A DNA stretch of 47,064 nucleotides from Phycisphaerales bacterium JB064 (GTDB taxonomy: Bacteria > Planctomycetota > Phycisphaerae > Phycisphaerales > UBA1924), in assembly GCA_044439825.1 (NCBI GenBank), contig JBITAB010000092.1, positions 1 through 47,064 on the forward strand, given 5' to 3'. Made by a program: the position numbers and the translations under genes. The notes under the pieces are model-generated. The model was not told the DNA's origin. It was given only the letters and a program-made list of their open reading frames with translations, and did not search any database. Shown here piece by piece: positions 7,783-14,766 of this stretch (position 1 is its first letter; each line of letters starts with the position of its first letter).

Positions 7783-8711
7783 GATGCCTCCGCCCCGATG
7801 AATGGGTGGTCTGTGTCCTGCGCCGGCTGCGCCTTGACCCACCGCGGCACGATGCTCTCGCGGCGCGTGTAGGTGATCTCCTTCTCGGGAACGCGGTCCA
7901 GGCGGATCGCCTTGGGCCAGCCTGGCGCGTAGATCATGCTGGCGTCGCCGGCCTTGTCGTAAATGGCCGCTTCCACGTTCTCGATCTGCTCCTCGATGGC
8001 CTTGCGCTTGGTCTTGAGCTTGTCCAGTTGCTCGAACAACTCGATGCCCACCTGCACGGCTTTGCCTGGCTCGCGGTAGCGCAGGAACGAATGGGCCTTG
8101 CTGACCTCGCCCTCGGGCTCGACGCCCTCGATGACGTGCTTGGTCCACCACGCTTCCAGTTGGCGCACGAGCTTGTCCACCATGCCCGGCTTGTACTCGA
8201 TCTCGTACAGCCGAAACTCCTTGCGATCCATGACGATCAACTCGCACGCGACCCAAGCCCTGCGCCATCCCTTGACGGCCAGTTGGTGCAGCACCTGGGC
8301 GAGCACGTGCACGGGCACGCCCTCGGCCCCGTCGCTCTCGCCGCCCCACTCCTGGGCGAAGTTGGTGCTCTTGCATTCGAGGATGCCGCGCTCGCCATCG
8401 GGCAGCAGCACAACGCGGTCCAGGTTGCACGCCAGGATGCCGTTCTCGTGGACGCTCATGCCGTCCTCGTCCTCGACCACCTCACAGCCGATTCGCTCGG
8501 CGGCCAGCTTGGCCAGGACGGGCTCGACCAGTTCGCCGTAGCGCAGGATGCTCGCGTCGGTGTCGGGCTCGTAGTCGCGTTCGAGCCGCCCGGTTTTCTC
8601 GAGCCAGAGTTCCTTGGGCGTTCGCCACGGGCTGAGCCCGAGCGCCACGGGGGCGTCGGATGAGCCGAGGTACTTCTTGCGTGCCTCGCGCTGTTCTGGG
8701 GTGATGGCCAT
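7779..8711 (-). CDS. YqaJ-like / lambda-Exo-type recombination exonuclease
   Basis: The protein is 310 aa. The N-terminus reads YLGSSDAPVALGLSPWRTPKELW, and GILECKST is the E-x-K of a PD-(D/E)XK site. It is adjacent to ssb and recT. Confidence 0.85.
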   Translation of the reverse strand: MAITPEQREARKKYLGSSDAPVALGLSPWRTPKELWLEKTGRLERDYEPDTDASILRYGELVEPVLAKLAAERIGCEVVEDEDGMSVHENGILACNLDRVVLLPDGERGILECKSTNFAQEWGGESDGAEGVPVHVLAQVLHQLAVKGWRRAWVACELIVMDRKEFRLYEIEYKPGMVDKLVRQLEAWWTKHVIEGVEPEGEVSKAHSFLRYREPGKAVQVGIELFEQLDKLKTKRKAIEEQIENVEAAIYDKAGDASMIYAPGWPKAIRLDRVPEKEITYTRRESIVPRWVKAQPAQDTDHPFIGAEAS

Positions 8712-8881
8712 TAGGCACCACCTTCCCGAATCAGGTTGAACGCACTGCGCCAGAAGGCGAGCGGAGGCTTGGCATCCTCAATGGCAAGGCCAGCCCAAAC
8801 AGCGAGCGTTGACCAGACTCCATTGCCAGCCCTTCCGCCGGGCCAGCATCCATCCATGCCCCATCGTCTCAGAACGTGCAT
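8711..8881 (-). CDS. hypothetical small protein (56 aa)
   Basis: This is the inner part of track ORF 8711..8935. The ATG at 8881 lies 7 nt downstream of a CAACTTGAGGA box, and the stop overlaps the exonuclease ATG (TAATG-type). Confidence 0.5.
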   Translation of the reverse strand: MHVLRRWGMDGCWPGGRAGNGVWSTLAVWAGLAIEDAKPPLAFWRSAFNLIREGGA

Positions 8882-9036
8882 TACAGCCTCCTCAAGTTGA
8901 AGCGACGCCATGCACACGCCACAAGGCGCACGCACAGCGTCACGAGTGAAATCTGGTTCTCGGGCTTTGGCCAGCCGTCCGCGCTAGCGACCTCGAAGTC
9001 GCCTTGACCCTTCCTCACCAGCGGATCGTCCAGCAT
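8881..9036 (-). CDS. possible small protein (51 aa) overlapping the integrase 3' end
   Basis: The ATG at 9036 is preceded by GAGGAGGCTGGTGGCC. Over 9001-9060, third-position GC is 16/20 in this frame and 10/20 in the integrase frame (counted by hand). Confidence 0.35.
   Translation of the reverse strand: MLDDPLVRKGQGDFEVASADGWPKPENQISLVTLCVRLVACAWRRFNLRRL
8889..8899 (-). promoter_or_regulatory. CAACTTGAGGA box, copy 3
   Basis: Exact 11-mer, 7 nt upstream of the ATG at 8881. Confidence 0.9.
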
Positions 9037-10450
9037 GGCCACCAGCCTCCTCGATGAGGGGGTGGGCGGCCTCCACACGGGCCCCGGCCTCCGATAGCCA
9101 CTGGCGGGTCAAGCCTGCCTGGGCCATCGTCCTGGGGGCGCTGCGATCACGGATCAGGGAACGGGGGTTCAGGCGTCGGCGAAGCTGTGACCACGGGAGA
9201 TCGAATCCCGGTGGGGTCATTCGCCTACTCCTGTTGCCACGGCGCTCCTCAACACCGTACTCGCGTGTAGGAGCCGCCGATGGCTCCCCCTCATAACGCT
9301 TGCTACCGAGTGTACCATCGGATACTCCGGGTTGCAAGATCAAATCAGAGGTTGCGAGCAACTTTTTCAGCCGCTCCACCTCAGATTCGGGCAGGAGTGT
9401 GGGTGTTACTGCGTAGGCGAGGGCTTCCAGGGCCTCGTCGCTGGGCCTGACGTAGCTGGCGCTGGTGATGGCGCTGCTGGTGTGGCGGGCCATCGTCGAG
9501 CTCGCCGTGGGCTTCCCGTCCTCCTGGCGCGTGATCTGGCTGAGGATGTCCGAGTCGCTGCGCATGGCCACGTAGGTGATGAAGCCCTTGCGCCAGCGGT
9601 GCCAGAGCCCGGGCTTGCGCTCGATCCCTGCGGCCTCCATGTCCTTGATGAGCGTGTTGTGGTCAGTGGCGGGGAACACGGGTTTATTGGCCCCCAGCGG
9701 CGCATGGCGGTTGTTGGCTCGCTCGATGCGCTCGCGCCCCAGCACCAAGGCCAGTTCCCACGGGATCGGCATGCGGTCCCCGCGGCGGCTCTTGTCCTTG
9801 CGGATCTTGAGCCAGCCCTGGCGCAGGTCCACGTCCGCCCAGACGACGCCATGAGCCTCGGCCCGCCTGAGCCCCATCGTGCCCATAGCGAGGTACAGGG
9901 CCGATCTGCGGCCATGCCGGCGGCTCTGGTGGGCCTCCTCCTCCTGGCCGAGCGCCTGGGCCACCAGCGCCCGCATCTCCTCGAGCGTGAAGGGGTGCGC
10001 CCCGTCCCCGCGATCGCCGGCCCTGACCGGGGCGCTGCGCACGGTCATGAGCGGATCGTGGGTGAGCTCGCCAGAGGCCACCAGATAGCCCGTGAAGGCC
10101 CGCATCATGCTCAGGTGGTTCTTGATCGTCTGCGGGTGTGCACCCTCGCCCCCATTGCCCGCCTCGGCCTGATGGTTGATCCAGGCGAGCATGCTCTTGG
10201 CGTTGATGTCGCTGACGCGCTCCCAGCCGCACCAGTGGGCGATACTCAGGACCGCCACCTCGCACTTGTTGGCGTACTGCTGGCTGCGGCCCAGCCGACC
10301 CAGAAAATCAGCCTTGAACTCTGGCACCACTGCCGTGATGCGTCTCCTCTGCTCTTGCGCCAGCACAGCGTCTCCTTTCGACCCACCACAGGTACAAGGA
10401 TAACGCTTATTCGCTGTGAAACCAGCGCGCAGAACGTCCCAGAACGCCAT
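8984..10450 (-). CDS. int: tyrosine recombinase / phage integrase with long C-terminal extension
   Basis: Track ORF 8984..10507. The ATG at 10450 is preceded by GCGGAGCGAAGTC. Catalytic signature: GLRRAEA (Arg), HRWRKGF (H-x-x-R), ARHTSSAITSASY (His...Tyr). About 140 residues of low-complexity sequence follow the catalytic Tyr. Confidence 0.85.
   Translation of the reverse strand: MAFWDVLRAGFTANKRYPCTCGGSKGDAVLAQEQRRRITAVVPEFKADFLGRLGRSQQYANKCEVAVLSIAHWCGWERVSDINAKSMLAWINHQAEAGNGGEGAHPQTIKNHLSMMRAFTGYLVASGELTHDPLMTVRSAPVRAGDRGDGAHPFTLEEMRALVAQALGQEEEAHQSRRHGRRSALYLAMGTMGLRRAEAHGVVWADVDLRQGWLKIRKDKSRRGDRMPIPWELALVLGRERIERANNRHAPLGANKPVFPATDHNTLIKDMEAAGIERKPGLWHRWRKGFITYVAMRSDSDILSQITRQEDGKPTASSTMARHTSSAITSASYVRPSDEALEALAYAVTPTLLPESEVERLKKLLATSDLILQPGVSDGTLGSKRYEGEPSAAPTREYGVEERRGNRSRRMTPPGFDLPWSQLRRRLNPRSLIRDRSAPRTMAQAGLTRQWLSEAGARVEAAHPLIEEAGGHAGRSAGEEGSRRLRGR
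9291..9328 (+). promoter_or_regulatory. third copy of the TAACGCTTGC...TACTC box (antisense, inside int)
   Basis: The plus strand reads tCATAACGCTTGCTA-N15/16-GATACTCC. The 14-mer GCAAGCGTTATGAG is identical to the copy at 13592-13605. The -10-like part is weak. Confidence 0.3.
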
Positions 10451-10500
10451 GACTTCGCTCCGCACTGGGCGTAGACTCACCGTGAGGCGGTCGTACGCCG

Positions 10501-10511
10501 TCCTCAAGTTG
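10501..10511 (-). promoter_or_regulatory. CAACTTGAGGA box, copy 4
   Basis: Exact 11-mer, but 50 nt upstream of the int ATG and immediately after a hairpin. Confidence 0.9.
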
Positions 10512-10512
10512 G

Positions 10513-10551
10513 CCCCTGTCCGGGTTCTCCACGAGCCCGGCGGGGGTTTTT
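10513..10551 (+). terminator. terminator-like hairpin with T-run on the plus strand
   Basis: CCCCTGTCCGGG-loop-CCCGGCGGGG is followed by TTTTT on the plus strand. On the minus strand the A-run comes before the stem. Confidence 0.4.
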
Positions 10552-10567
10552 CGCCATATCTTAATAA

Positions 10568-10789
10568 TTAGGCGCAGAAAGGTTCCTCTGGCAAGCAGAG
10601 GATGCGCAAATGGCCACTGGTGTACACCAGGACGTGCGTGCCGTCGCCGAGGACGTAGCGGCCGATGCCCTTGGCCTTCTCACGTCGTGAGGCCCGGCCG
10701 TAGTCTCGGCAGAAGTGCCGATCGATCAGGGCGTCGGCGCTCGTCTCGTTACGGTCGAGGGCGATCTGGGCTTCTGGGGTGGTGGTCAT
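10568..10789 (-). CDS. hypothetical protein
   Basis: This is the inner part of track ORF 10568..10807. The ATG at 10789 overlaps the upstream stop (ATGA). Confidence 0.65.
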   Translation of the reverse strand: MTTTPEAQIALDRNETSADALIDRHFCRDYGRASRREKAKGIGRYVLGDGTHVLVYTSGHLRILCLPEEPFCA

Positions 10790-10974
10790 CGTGCAAGCGG
10801 CCACCACTTGCGGCGGCGCTCGATCTTGGTGAGCCGCGACTCAAGCTCGGCGATGCGGCAGCCTTGCTGTTGCACCAGATTCAGCAGCAGCGATGTGGCT
10901 TCAATGCCTTTGCCGGTGAGTTCCATCTGCGATCGAATGGCTTCGATGGTCTGTAGCAGTGGGTGTTGATTCAT
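10786..10974 (-). CDS. hypothetical coiled-coil protein
   Basis: Track ORF 10786..10983, with ATG at 10974. Confidence 0.6.
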   Translation of the reverse strand: MNQHPLLQTIEAIRSQMELTGKGIEATSLLLNLVQQQGCRIAELESRLTKIERRRKWWPLAR

Positions 10975-11011
10975 AAGCCGCACCCGCCCGCTTCCACGGG
11001 CAGGGCGGTGG

Positions 11012-11347
11012 TCATTGCGATCTGGTTTCGTCGATCAAGTCATCAACAGACATCCCAAGCAAGCCTGCAAGCTCTTTCTCTACTCCAACAAGCTCAAGAT
11101 ATACCCTCTCTTCGTCGGCCTCAGGAACGCCGTAGTAGAACATGCGATAGATCTCGAATCGGCGACGACCTAACGCCACGGCCCTTTCACACTCATCACG
11201 CCTTCGGCTCGTCAGGTGCCAAAGGCCGCCCTTTTCGTAGACGTGCATCCTTTTGCCAAACCGCTTGCTCGCCAACCTCGCAGCTCTCTTGGCCTTGCGA
11301 CGAGTCTCGTAGCGAACCTTGTGGCTGTCGCTATGCTCCTCAGGCAT
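11012..11347 (-). CDS. hypothetical basic protein
   Basis: Track ORF 11012..11380. The ATG at 11347 has GAGGGAG 5 nt upstream, whereas the ATG at 11380 has no SD. Confidence 0.6.
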   Translation of the reverse strand: MPEEHSDSHKVRYETRRKAKRAARLASKRFGKRMHVYEKGGLWHLTSRRRDECERAVALGRRRFEIYRMFYYGVPEADEERVYLELVGVEKELAGLLGMSVDDLIDETRSQ

Positions 11348-11392
11348 TCCATCTCCCTCTCGCCGCGCCCATCTCGGCATCGGGCAAGCCGG

Positions 11393-11578
11393 CTACCTGT
11401 TCGCGTAGGCGTATGCCGCCATGACGACGAAAACAGGCCAGATCATCGTGCACTGGAGCCAAATTCGAGCCTCGCGGCCAACGGTGAACGGCCCAATGCC
11501 ATGACGTTTCGCGGCGGCACTGGCCCAAAGATAGATGACCGATCCAATCGCCAGATACCCCAAAATCGCATAGATCAT
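11393..11578 (-). CDS. small membrane protein (2 TM)
   Basis: Track ORF with SD GAAGGAGACACACG-ATG. Hydrophobic segments are IYAILGYLAIGSVIYLWA and TMIWPVFVVMAAYAYA. Confidence 0.65.
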   Translation of the reverse strand: MIYAILGYLAIGSVIYLWASAAAKRHGIGPFTVGREARIWLQCTMIWPVFVVMAAYAYANR

Positions 11579-11638
11579 CGTGTGTCTCCTTCGTGAAAAC
11601 CAGCCCAGGGCCTTTCGGCCCAGGACCGGACTTGAGGC

Positions 11639-11848
11639 TCACTGCTCACGGTATGCGGCGTCGATCTCGTAGCAGTCGGCAGCGCCACCGGCCGCACTGG
11701 CCATCTTCGCGGCCATCTGCTGCCCAAGGTGCTTGGCGCTCTCGGCGTCGTAGGCGTCCACTGCGAGCTTGAACGTCACCTCGACCGTGTAGTCGTGCTC
11801 GTAGGCGTCTGGGGGTTGGGTGCGTGGGTTCTGGGTGAATTGGCTCAC
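11639..11848 (-). CDS. hypothetical protein
   Basis: Track ORF. The GTG start overlaps the upstream stop (GTGA). Confidence 0.6.
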   Translation of the reverse strand: MSQFTQNPRTQPPDAYEHDYTVEVTFKLAVDAYDAESAKHLGQQMAAKMASAAGGAADCYEIDAAYREQ

Positions 11849-12171
11849 TTCCCCACCCCCAGTTCGCGTGCGCGGGCGAGGGCGGCACGGACTCGAGCCA
11901 AATCCGCATCATTCGGATAGCATCCGTTGTCGTCGATGCACACCAGCTCATCCAACGCCTCCACCAACTCCCCGCACACCTCACGCAGCTTGTCACTTTC
12001 CGGCCAACCGACAAGGTTGCTCAGGTGTGCGGCCTCCGCCTCGTACTTGTCGCGTGTGTGCTGGTCAAGGTCGAGCGTGGACACGCACGCACGCAGCGTG
12101 ATGATCCTGGCTTTTGCCCAGCCGATAGAGTCCGCCGGTCGCTCTGGCGTGTGCTTCGCTTGCTCTGTCAT
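11845..12171 (-). CDS. hypothetical protein
   Basis: This is the inner part of track ORF 11845..12219. The ATG at 12171 lies 7 nt downstream of a CAACTTGAGGA box. Confidence 0.7.
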   Translation of the reverse strand: MTEQAKHTPERPADSIGWAKARIITLRACVSTLDLDQHTRDKYEAEAAHLSNLVGWPESDKLREVCGELVEALDELVCIDDNGCYPNDADLARVRAALARARELGVGK

Positions 12172-12178
12172 GTGAATC

Positions 12179-12189
12179 TCCTCAAGTTG
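12179..12189 (-). promoter_or_regulatory. CAACTTGAGGA box, copy 5
   Basis: Exact 11-mer, 7 nt upstream of the ATG at 12171. It is preceded by a 9-bp hairpin and a T-rich run. Confidence 0.9.
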
Positions 12190-12252
12190 AACGAACCAAA
12201 CCGAGGGCCCAGCCGTCAAGCCGAGCCCCGGTATCCCTGGGGGGAATTTGAA

Positions 12253-12612
12253 TCACTGGCGGCCAGAGGCAACAGCCGCGGCCCTGTTCTCGCGCAAGAC
12301 CTCCAGGCCCTCGATGCCGCCATGCTCCAGCGCCTTGGCCACGGCCTCGGTCGCCTCGTCACAAGCGAGCTCGACCAGCGGCAGGGCTTGCTCGAGACCA
12401 GCACAGAACGAGCGCGCCATCTGCTCGGTCGTGAATCGGGCCTCGACGCCCCCGCAGTCGCCAGGGCCGGCCACGTCGCCGATGTCACGATGCACGCTGC
12501 CATCCCGAAACTCGTAGAGGGTCGCGGTCCCGTTGGGGGCCACGTCGAACCCGTAGGCCGTGCGCCCGCCCTCGCTGCGCTTCCGTGCCGCCATAGCGTC
12601 GAATTGATCCAT
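12253..12612 (-). CDS. hypothetical protein
   Basis: This is the inner part of track ORF 12253..12792. The ATG at 12612 lies 8 nt downstream of a CAACTTGAGGA box. Confidence 0.7.
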   Translation of the reverse strand: MDQFDAMAARKRSEGGRTAYGFDVAPNGTATLYEFRDGSVHRDIGDVAGPGDCGGVEARFTTEQMARSFCAGLEQALPLVELACDEATEAVAKALEHGGIEGLEVLRENRAAAVASGRQ

Positions 12613-12620
12613 GATGTTGC

Positions 12621-12631
12621 TCCTCAAGTTG
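12621..12631 (-). promoter_or_regulatory. CAACTTGAGGA box, copy 6
   Basis: Exact 11-mer, 8 nt upstream of the ATG at 12612. Confidence 0.9.
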
Positions 12632-12674
12632 GGGTGAAGCCACGCCCGCGCCGGTAGGCAGGGGCGTAGGGGGT

Positions 12675-13160
12675 TCAGGCGGCGGCCTTGGAGAGCGTCA
12701 GGCTGGCCACGATGTCTACGAGCTTGTCCCACGCATCTGGGGTGCAAGCAATCGCGTTCACGTTGTCCATCGGTGGCGGCAGGTGTGCACACGCCGCAGT
12801 CAAGACGGCACGCTCGGCCTCGGTCTGCAACGTCTCGGCCTCAAGGGCTGGGCAGTTGCCGGGGCGCGACACAGTGAAACCGGCCTCCTTCAGCCTCTGG
12901 TCGATGTCGGCGTAGATGTCCGCACACAGCGCGTCATCCTCGCACAGGTAGAGGCGGCGGATGTCGGTGATGGGCTCACCAGGGCGGCCGTTGCGCGTCG
13001 CGGTCGGCTTCCATAGGGCCAGGGCTTCGGCGTGGATGGGCTCGACGAGCTCGCGCTGAAGCTGGGCGAAAGCCTTGGCCTCGATGAACGCGCGAACGCA
13101 GCGGCGCACCACAGGGTCGCGTTTGATCGCGTCCAGGTGCTTGGTGGTGATGGCTTGCAT
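12675..13160 (-). CDS. hypothetical protein
   Basis: Track ORF. The ATG lies 6 nt downstream of a CAACTTGAGGA box. Confidence 0.7.
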   Translation of the reverse strand: MQAITTKHLDAIKRDPVVRRCVRAFIEAKAFAQLQRELVEPIHAEALALWKPTATRNGRPGEPITDIRRLYLCEDDALCADIYADIDQRLKEAGFTVSRPGNCPALEAETLQTEAERAVLTAACAHLPPPMDNVNAIACTPDAWDKLVDIVASLTLSKAAA

Positions 13161-13166
13161 GATGTC

Positions 13167-13177
13167 TCCTCAAGTTG
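13167..13177 (-). promoter_or_regulatory. CAACTTGAGGA box, copy 7
   Basis: Exact 11-mer, 6 nt upstream of the ATG at 13160. The hairpin CCGGC-N6-GCCGG (13179-13194) abuts it. Confidence 0.9.
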
Positions 13178-13233
13178 GCCGGCACAATCGCCGGAAAGCA
13201 CCCCGAACCCGGTAGGGCTCGAGGGGCGGGGGG

Positions 13234-13512
13234 TTAGGCAGTCTGAAGCTTGCCCTCAGCCTTGGCCGTGTTCATCGCGCGCCGCCCGATCTCGCAAAAC
13301 TTGCGGCCCGTCTCGGTGATCTCGAGCCGAGGCCCAGCCAAACGCCGCGACAGCTTCTTTGACACCAGGGCAGACGCGACGGCCTGAAACTCGTGAAGCT
13401 CGATCCCCTCGCCAAGAAGCACCGCAAACAGGTGCCCTTCGGGCTGGGGGCCAAGCTCGGCCAAAGTCTCAAGAACCGCGAAAGCGACGGCGGCAGGGTT
13501 GGACATCGTCAT
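13234..13512 (-). CDS. winged-helix-like small protein, first gene of the leftward operon
   Basis: Track ORF. The pattern LFAVLLGEGIELHEFQAVASALVSKKLSRRLAGPRLEITETGRKF resembles a wHTH (helix-helix-wing). The function is inferred only. Confidence 0.65.
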   Translation of the reverse strand: MTMSNPAAVAFAVLETLAELGPQPEGHLFAVLLGEGIELHEFQAVASALVSKKLSRRLAGPRLEITETGRKFCEIGRRAMNTAKAEGKLQTA

Positions 13513-13521
13513 CGTTCATAC

Positions 13522-13532
13522 TCCTCAAGTTG
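13522..13532 (-). promoter_or_regulatory. CAACTTGAGGA box, copy 8
   Basis: Exact 11-mer, 9 nt upstream of the ATG at 13512 and about 30 nt downstream of the predicted leftward promoter. Confidence 0.9.
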
Positions 13533-13567
13533 CAGCGCACCAATCCAATCGGCACGCTGATACAAGG

Positions 13568-13595
13568 AGTATATCAAATCGACACCATAGTGCAA
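13568..13595 (-). promoter_or_regulatory. leftward early promoter candidate (TTGCAC-N16-TATACT)
   Basis: On the minus strand the -35 is TTGCAC (13595-13590), followed by a 16-nt spacer and the -10 TATACT (13573-13568). It lies in an AT-richer patch and points into the minus-strand operon. The -35 is embedded in the conserved box CATAACGCTTGC. Confidence 0.5.
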
Positions 13596-13666
13596 GCGTT
13601 ATGAGCTATATTCCTTCAAATAGGGCAAATCCCAATAAAGGATTGGCTCATACTACCCACAACTCA

Positions 13667-13699
13667 GCCCGATAAACGCATAGACAGCGCCTATCGGGC
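13667..13699. repeat. inverted repeat GCCCGATA-N17-TATCGGGC
   Basis: Perfect 8-bp arms read directly, in the AT-richer intergenic patch. Confidence 0.8.
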
Positions 13700-14213
13700 C
13701 ATAGATCACGCTTATACCAGCATTTCCGCTTGTCCCAACAAACGCAGCGCCTTCATTACACCAAGCGGGAGACAATACCACTCCAGGCCCGCGCAGCCAC
13801 AAGCGAGCAGGCCGAAATCAACGCGAAAAATCACGGGGTGAAGCGTTGCATCGACGAGACAGGGCATGGGTTGCGGAGTCTCCCGCGTCCTCGGGCATTC
13901 ATCCCCTTCCGCTATCCGCCCTGCTTCCCATTCGATCGAGACCAACGGTTCCGCTCGGCTTGTGGTGTTCGCTTCGATGCGGGGGGCTTGGGCCTCGCTG
14001 GTGTATTGCTTGTCCGTTTCCCCATTGGGAGGGAGGGTAGCGCGCGCTGTGGGCTTTGGTCTAGAGGGGATTTTCCCCCACTGCTACCGGGATGATGGTC
14101 GCGGGGCCGGAGCCACAGCGCAGGCCAGGGCAGGGATGGAGGAGGGGCAGCGCGTGAGGGGCGGGAGAGGGATCGCAACCCCTGAGGAGGGTCGCGGGGG
14201 GTGGACTAAGACT

Positions 14214-14225
14214 CCCGCAAAATTT
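14214..14225 (+). repeat. 12-mer CCCGCAAAATTT, copy 1 of 2
   Basis: Exact direct repeat of 14488-14499. Confidence 0.9.
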
Positions 14226-14271
14226 TTTATCTGGCAACCCTTACGCTGGGGCAAGTCGGTACACTTCCAGC

Positions 14272-14484
14272 ATGACCGCATTTCCCTGGGATTCTGAGGC
14301 TTCTGACCCGGGCATTGAACGTCGTGCTGCCGCTAACCGCCGTTTGAACGAGTCTTTGGCCCGCCAGCATTATGCTGCCTGGGCGGCTTGGGATGAGGAA
14401 GTTTCTCGTCGTTCTCCTTGGGACTTTCGGGAATTGCCTCCAGTGCCCCCCCGCCGCCATTCACTGCACGTTCAGCGGTGGTAA
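14272..14484 (+). CDS. possible small protein (70 aa), leaderless-looking
   Basis: Track ORF. It has no SD, but TACACT (14260-14265) ends 6 nt before the ATG. Codons are T-ending-rich, unlike the rest of the element, so coding status is uncertain. Confidence 0.3.
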   Translation: MTAFPWDSEASDPGIERRAAANRRLNESLARQHYAAWAAWDEEVSRRSPWDFRELPPVPPRRHSLHVQRW

Positions 14485-14487
14485 CCC

Positions 14488-14499
14488 CCCGCAAAATTT
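14488..14499 (+). repeat. 12-mer CCCGCAAAATTT, copy 2 of 2
   Basis: Exact direct repeat of 14214-14225. Confidence 0.9.
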
Positions 14500-14530
14500 C
14501 CCCTCCCGAAACCCTCTATGGGGGATTCCC

Positions 14531-14550
14531 TGTCTCTGTGTGTCTCTGTG
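14531..14550 (+). repeat. tandem 10-mer TGTCTCTGTG x2 (plus partial third TCTG)
   Basis: Read directly. It is followed by ATATGATGATGTGATG. Confidence 0.9.
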
Positions 14551-14567
14551 TCTGATATGATGATGTG

Positions 14568-14714
14568 ATGCCGTCGAACGCGTGGGAGTGGGTGCTGTGG
14601 TTGATCGGCTTTGGGATCAAGGCTGGGATCGTGTTTTTCGTGGCGTTTTTTGGCGGTGCGTGTGTTCTGGAGCAGTGGCGGAAGTGGCGGTATCGGAGGG
14701 GTTCTGGTAGCTGA
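14568..14714 (+). CDS. possible 48-aa single-TM protein, leaderless-looking
   Basis: Hand-translated as MPSNAWEWVLWLIGFGIKAGIVFFVAFFGGACVLEQWRKWRYRRGSGS. Third-position GC is about 35/47. It has one TM helix and a basic tail. TATGAT (14556-14561) ends 6 nt before the ATG, and there is no SD. Confidence 0.35.
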   Translation: MPSNAWEWVLWLIGFGIKAGIVFFVAFFGGACVLEQWRKWRYRRGSGS

Positions 14715-14766
14715 TCTGGAGAGGCTGGTCGCAGCATCGCCCTCGGGGGAGACCTCGGGGGCGTTT

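Noticed and set aside
7783-8430. Upstream 216 codons of track ORF 7384-8430
   Set aside because: They overlap the YqaJ exonuclease gene in another frame. Only the last 132 codons (SSB, own ATG at 7782) are coding.
9332-10474. 380-aa plus-strand ORF antisense to the integrase, flanked by the promoter-like box and the plus-strand terminator-like hairpin
   Set aside because: The translation is typical antisense-shadow composition with no recognisable fold. I keep only the possibility of a non-coding antisense transcript.
10552-10572. Short AT-rich patch (CGCCATATCTTAATAATTAGG) next to int as the att core
   Set aside because: It is only about 20 nt and partly covers the stop codon of the 10568 gene. 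There are no flanking repeats that I could pair with it. It is left as a weak alternative to the tRNA-like segment at 9194-9217.
13712-14297. Track ORFs 13712-13945 (-), 13730-14095 (+), 13846-14040 (+), 13866-14297 (+), 13912-14178 (-)
   Set aside because: They mutually overlap and have no SD or coupled starts. Their translations look random, and no frame has a clear third-position GC excess. The region is treated as non-coding.
14214-14550. Possible CRISPR array suggested by the repeated 10-12-mers
   Set aside because: There are only two copies of each repeat, the repeats are too short, the spacing is irregular, and no cas genes are present. This is not a CRISPR array.
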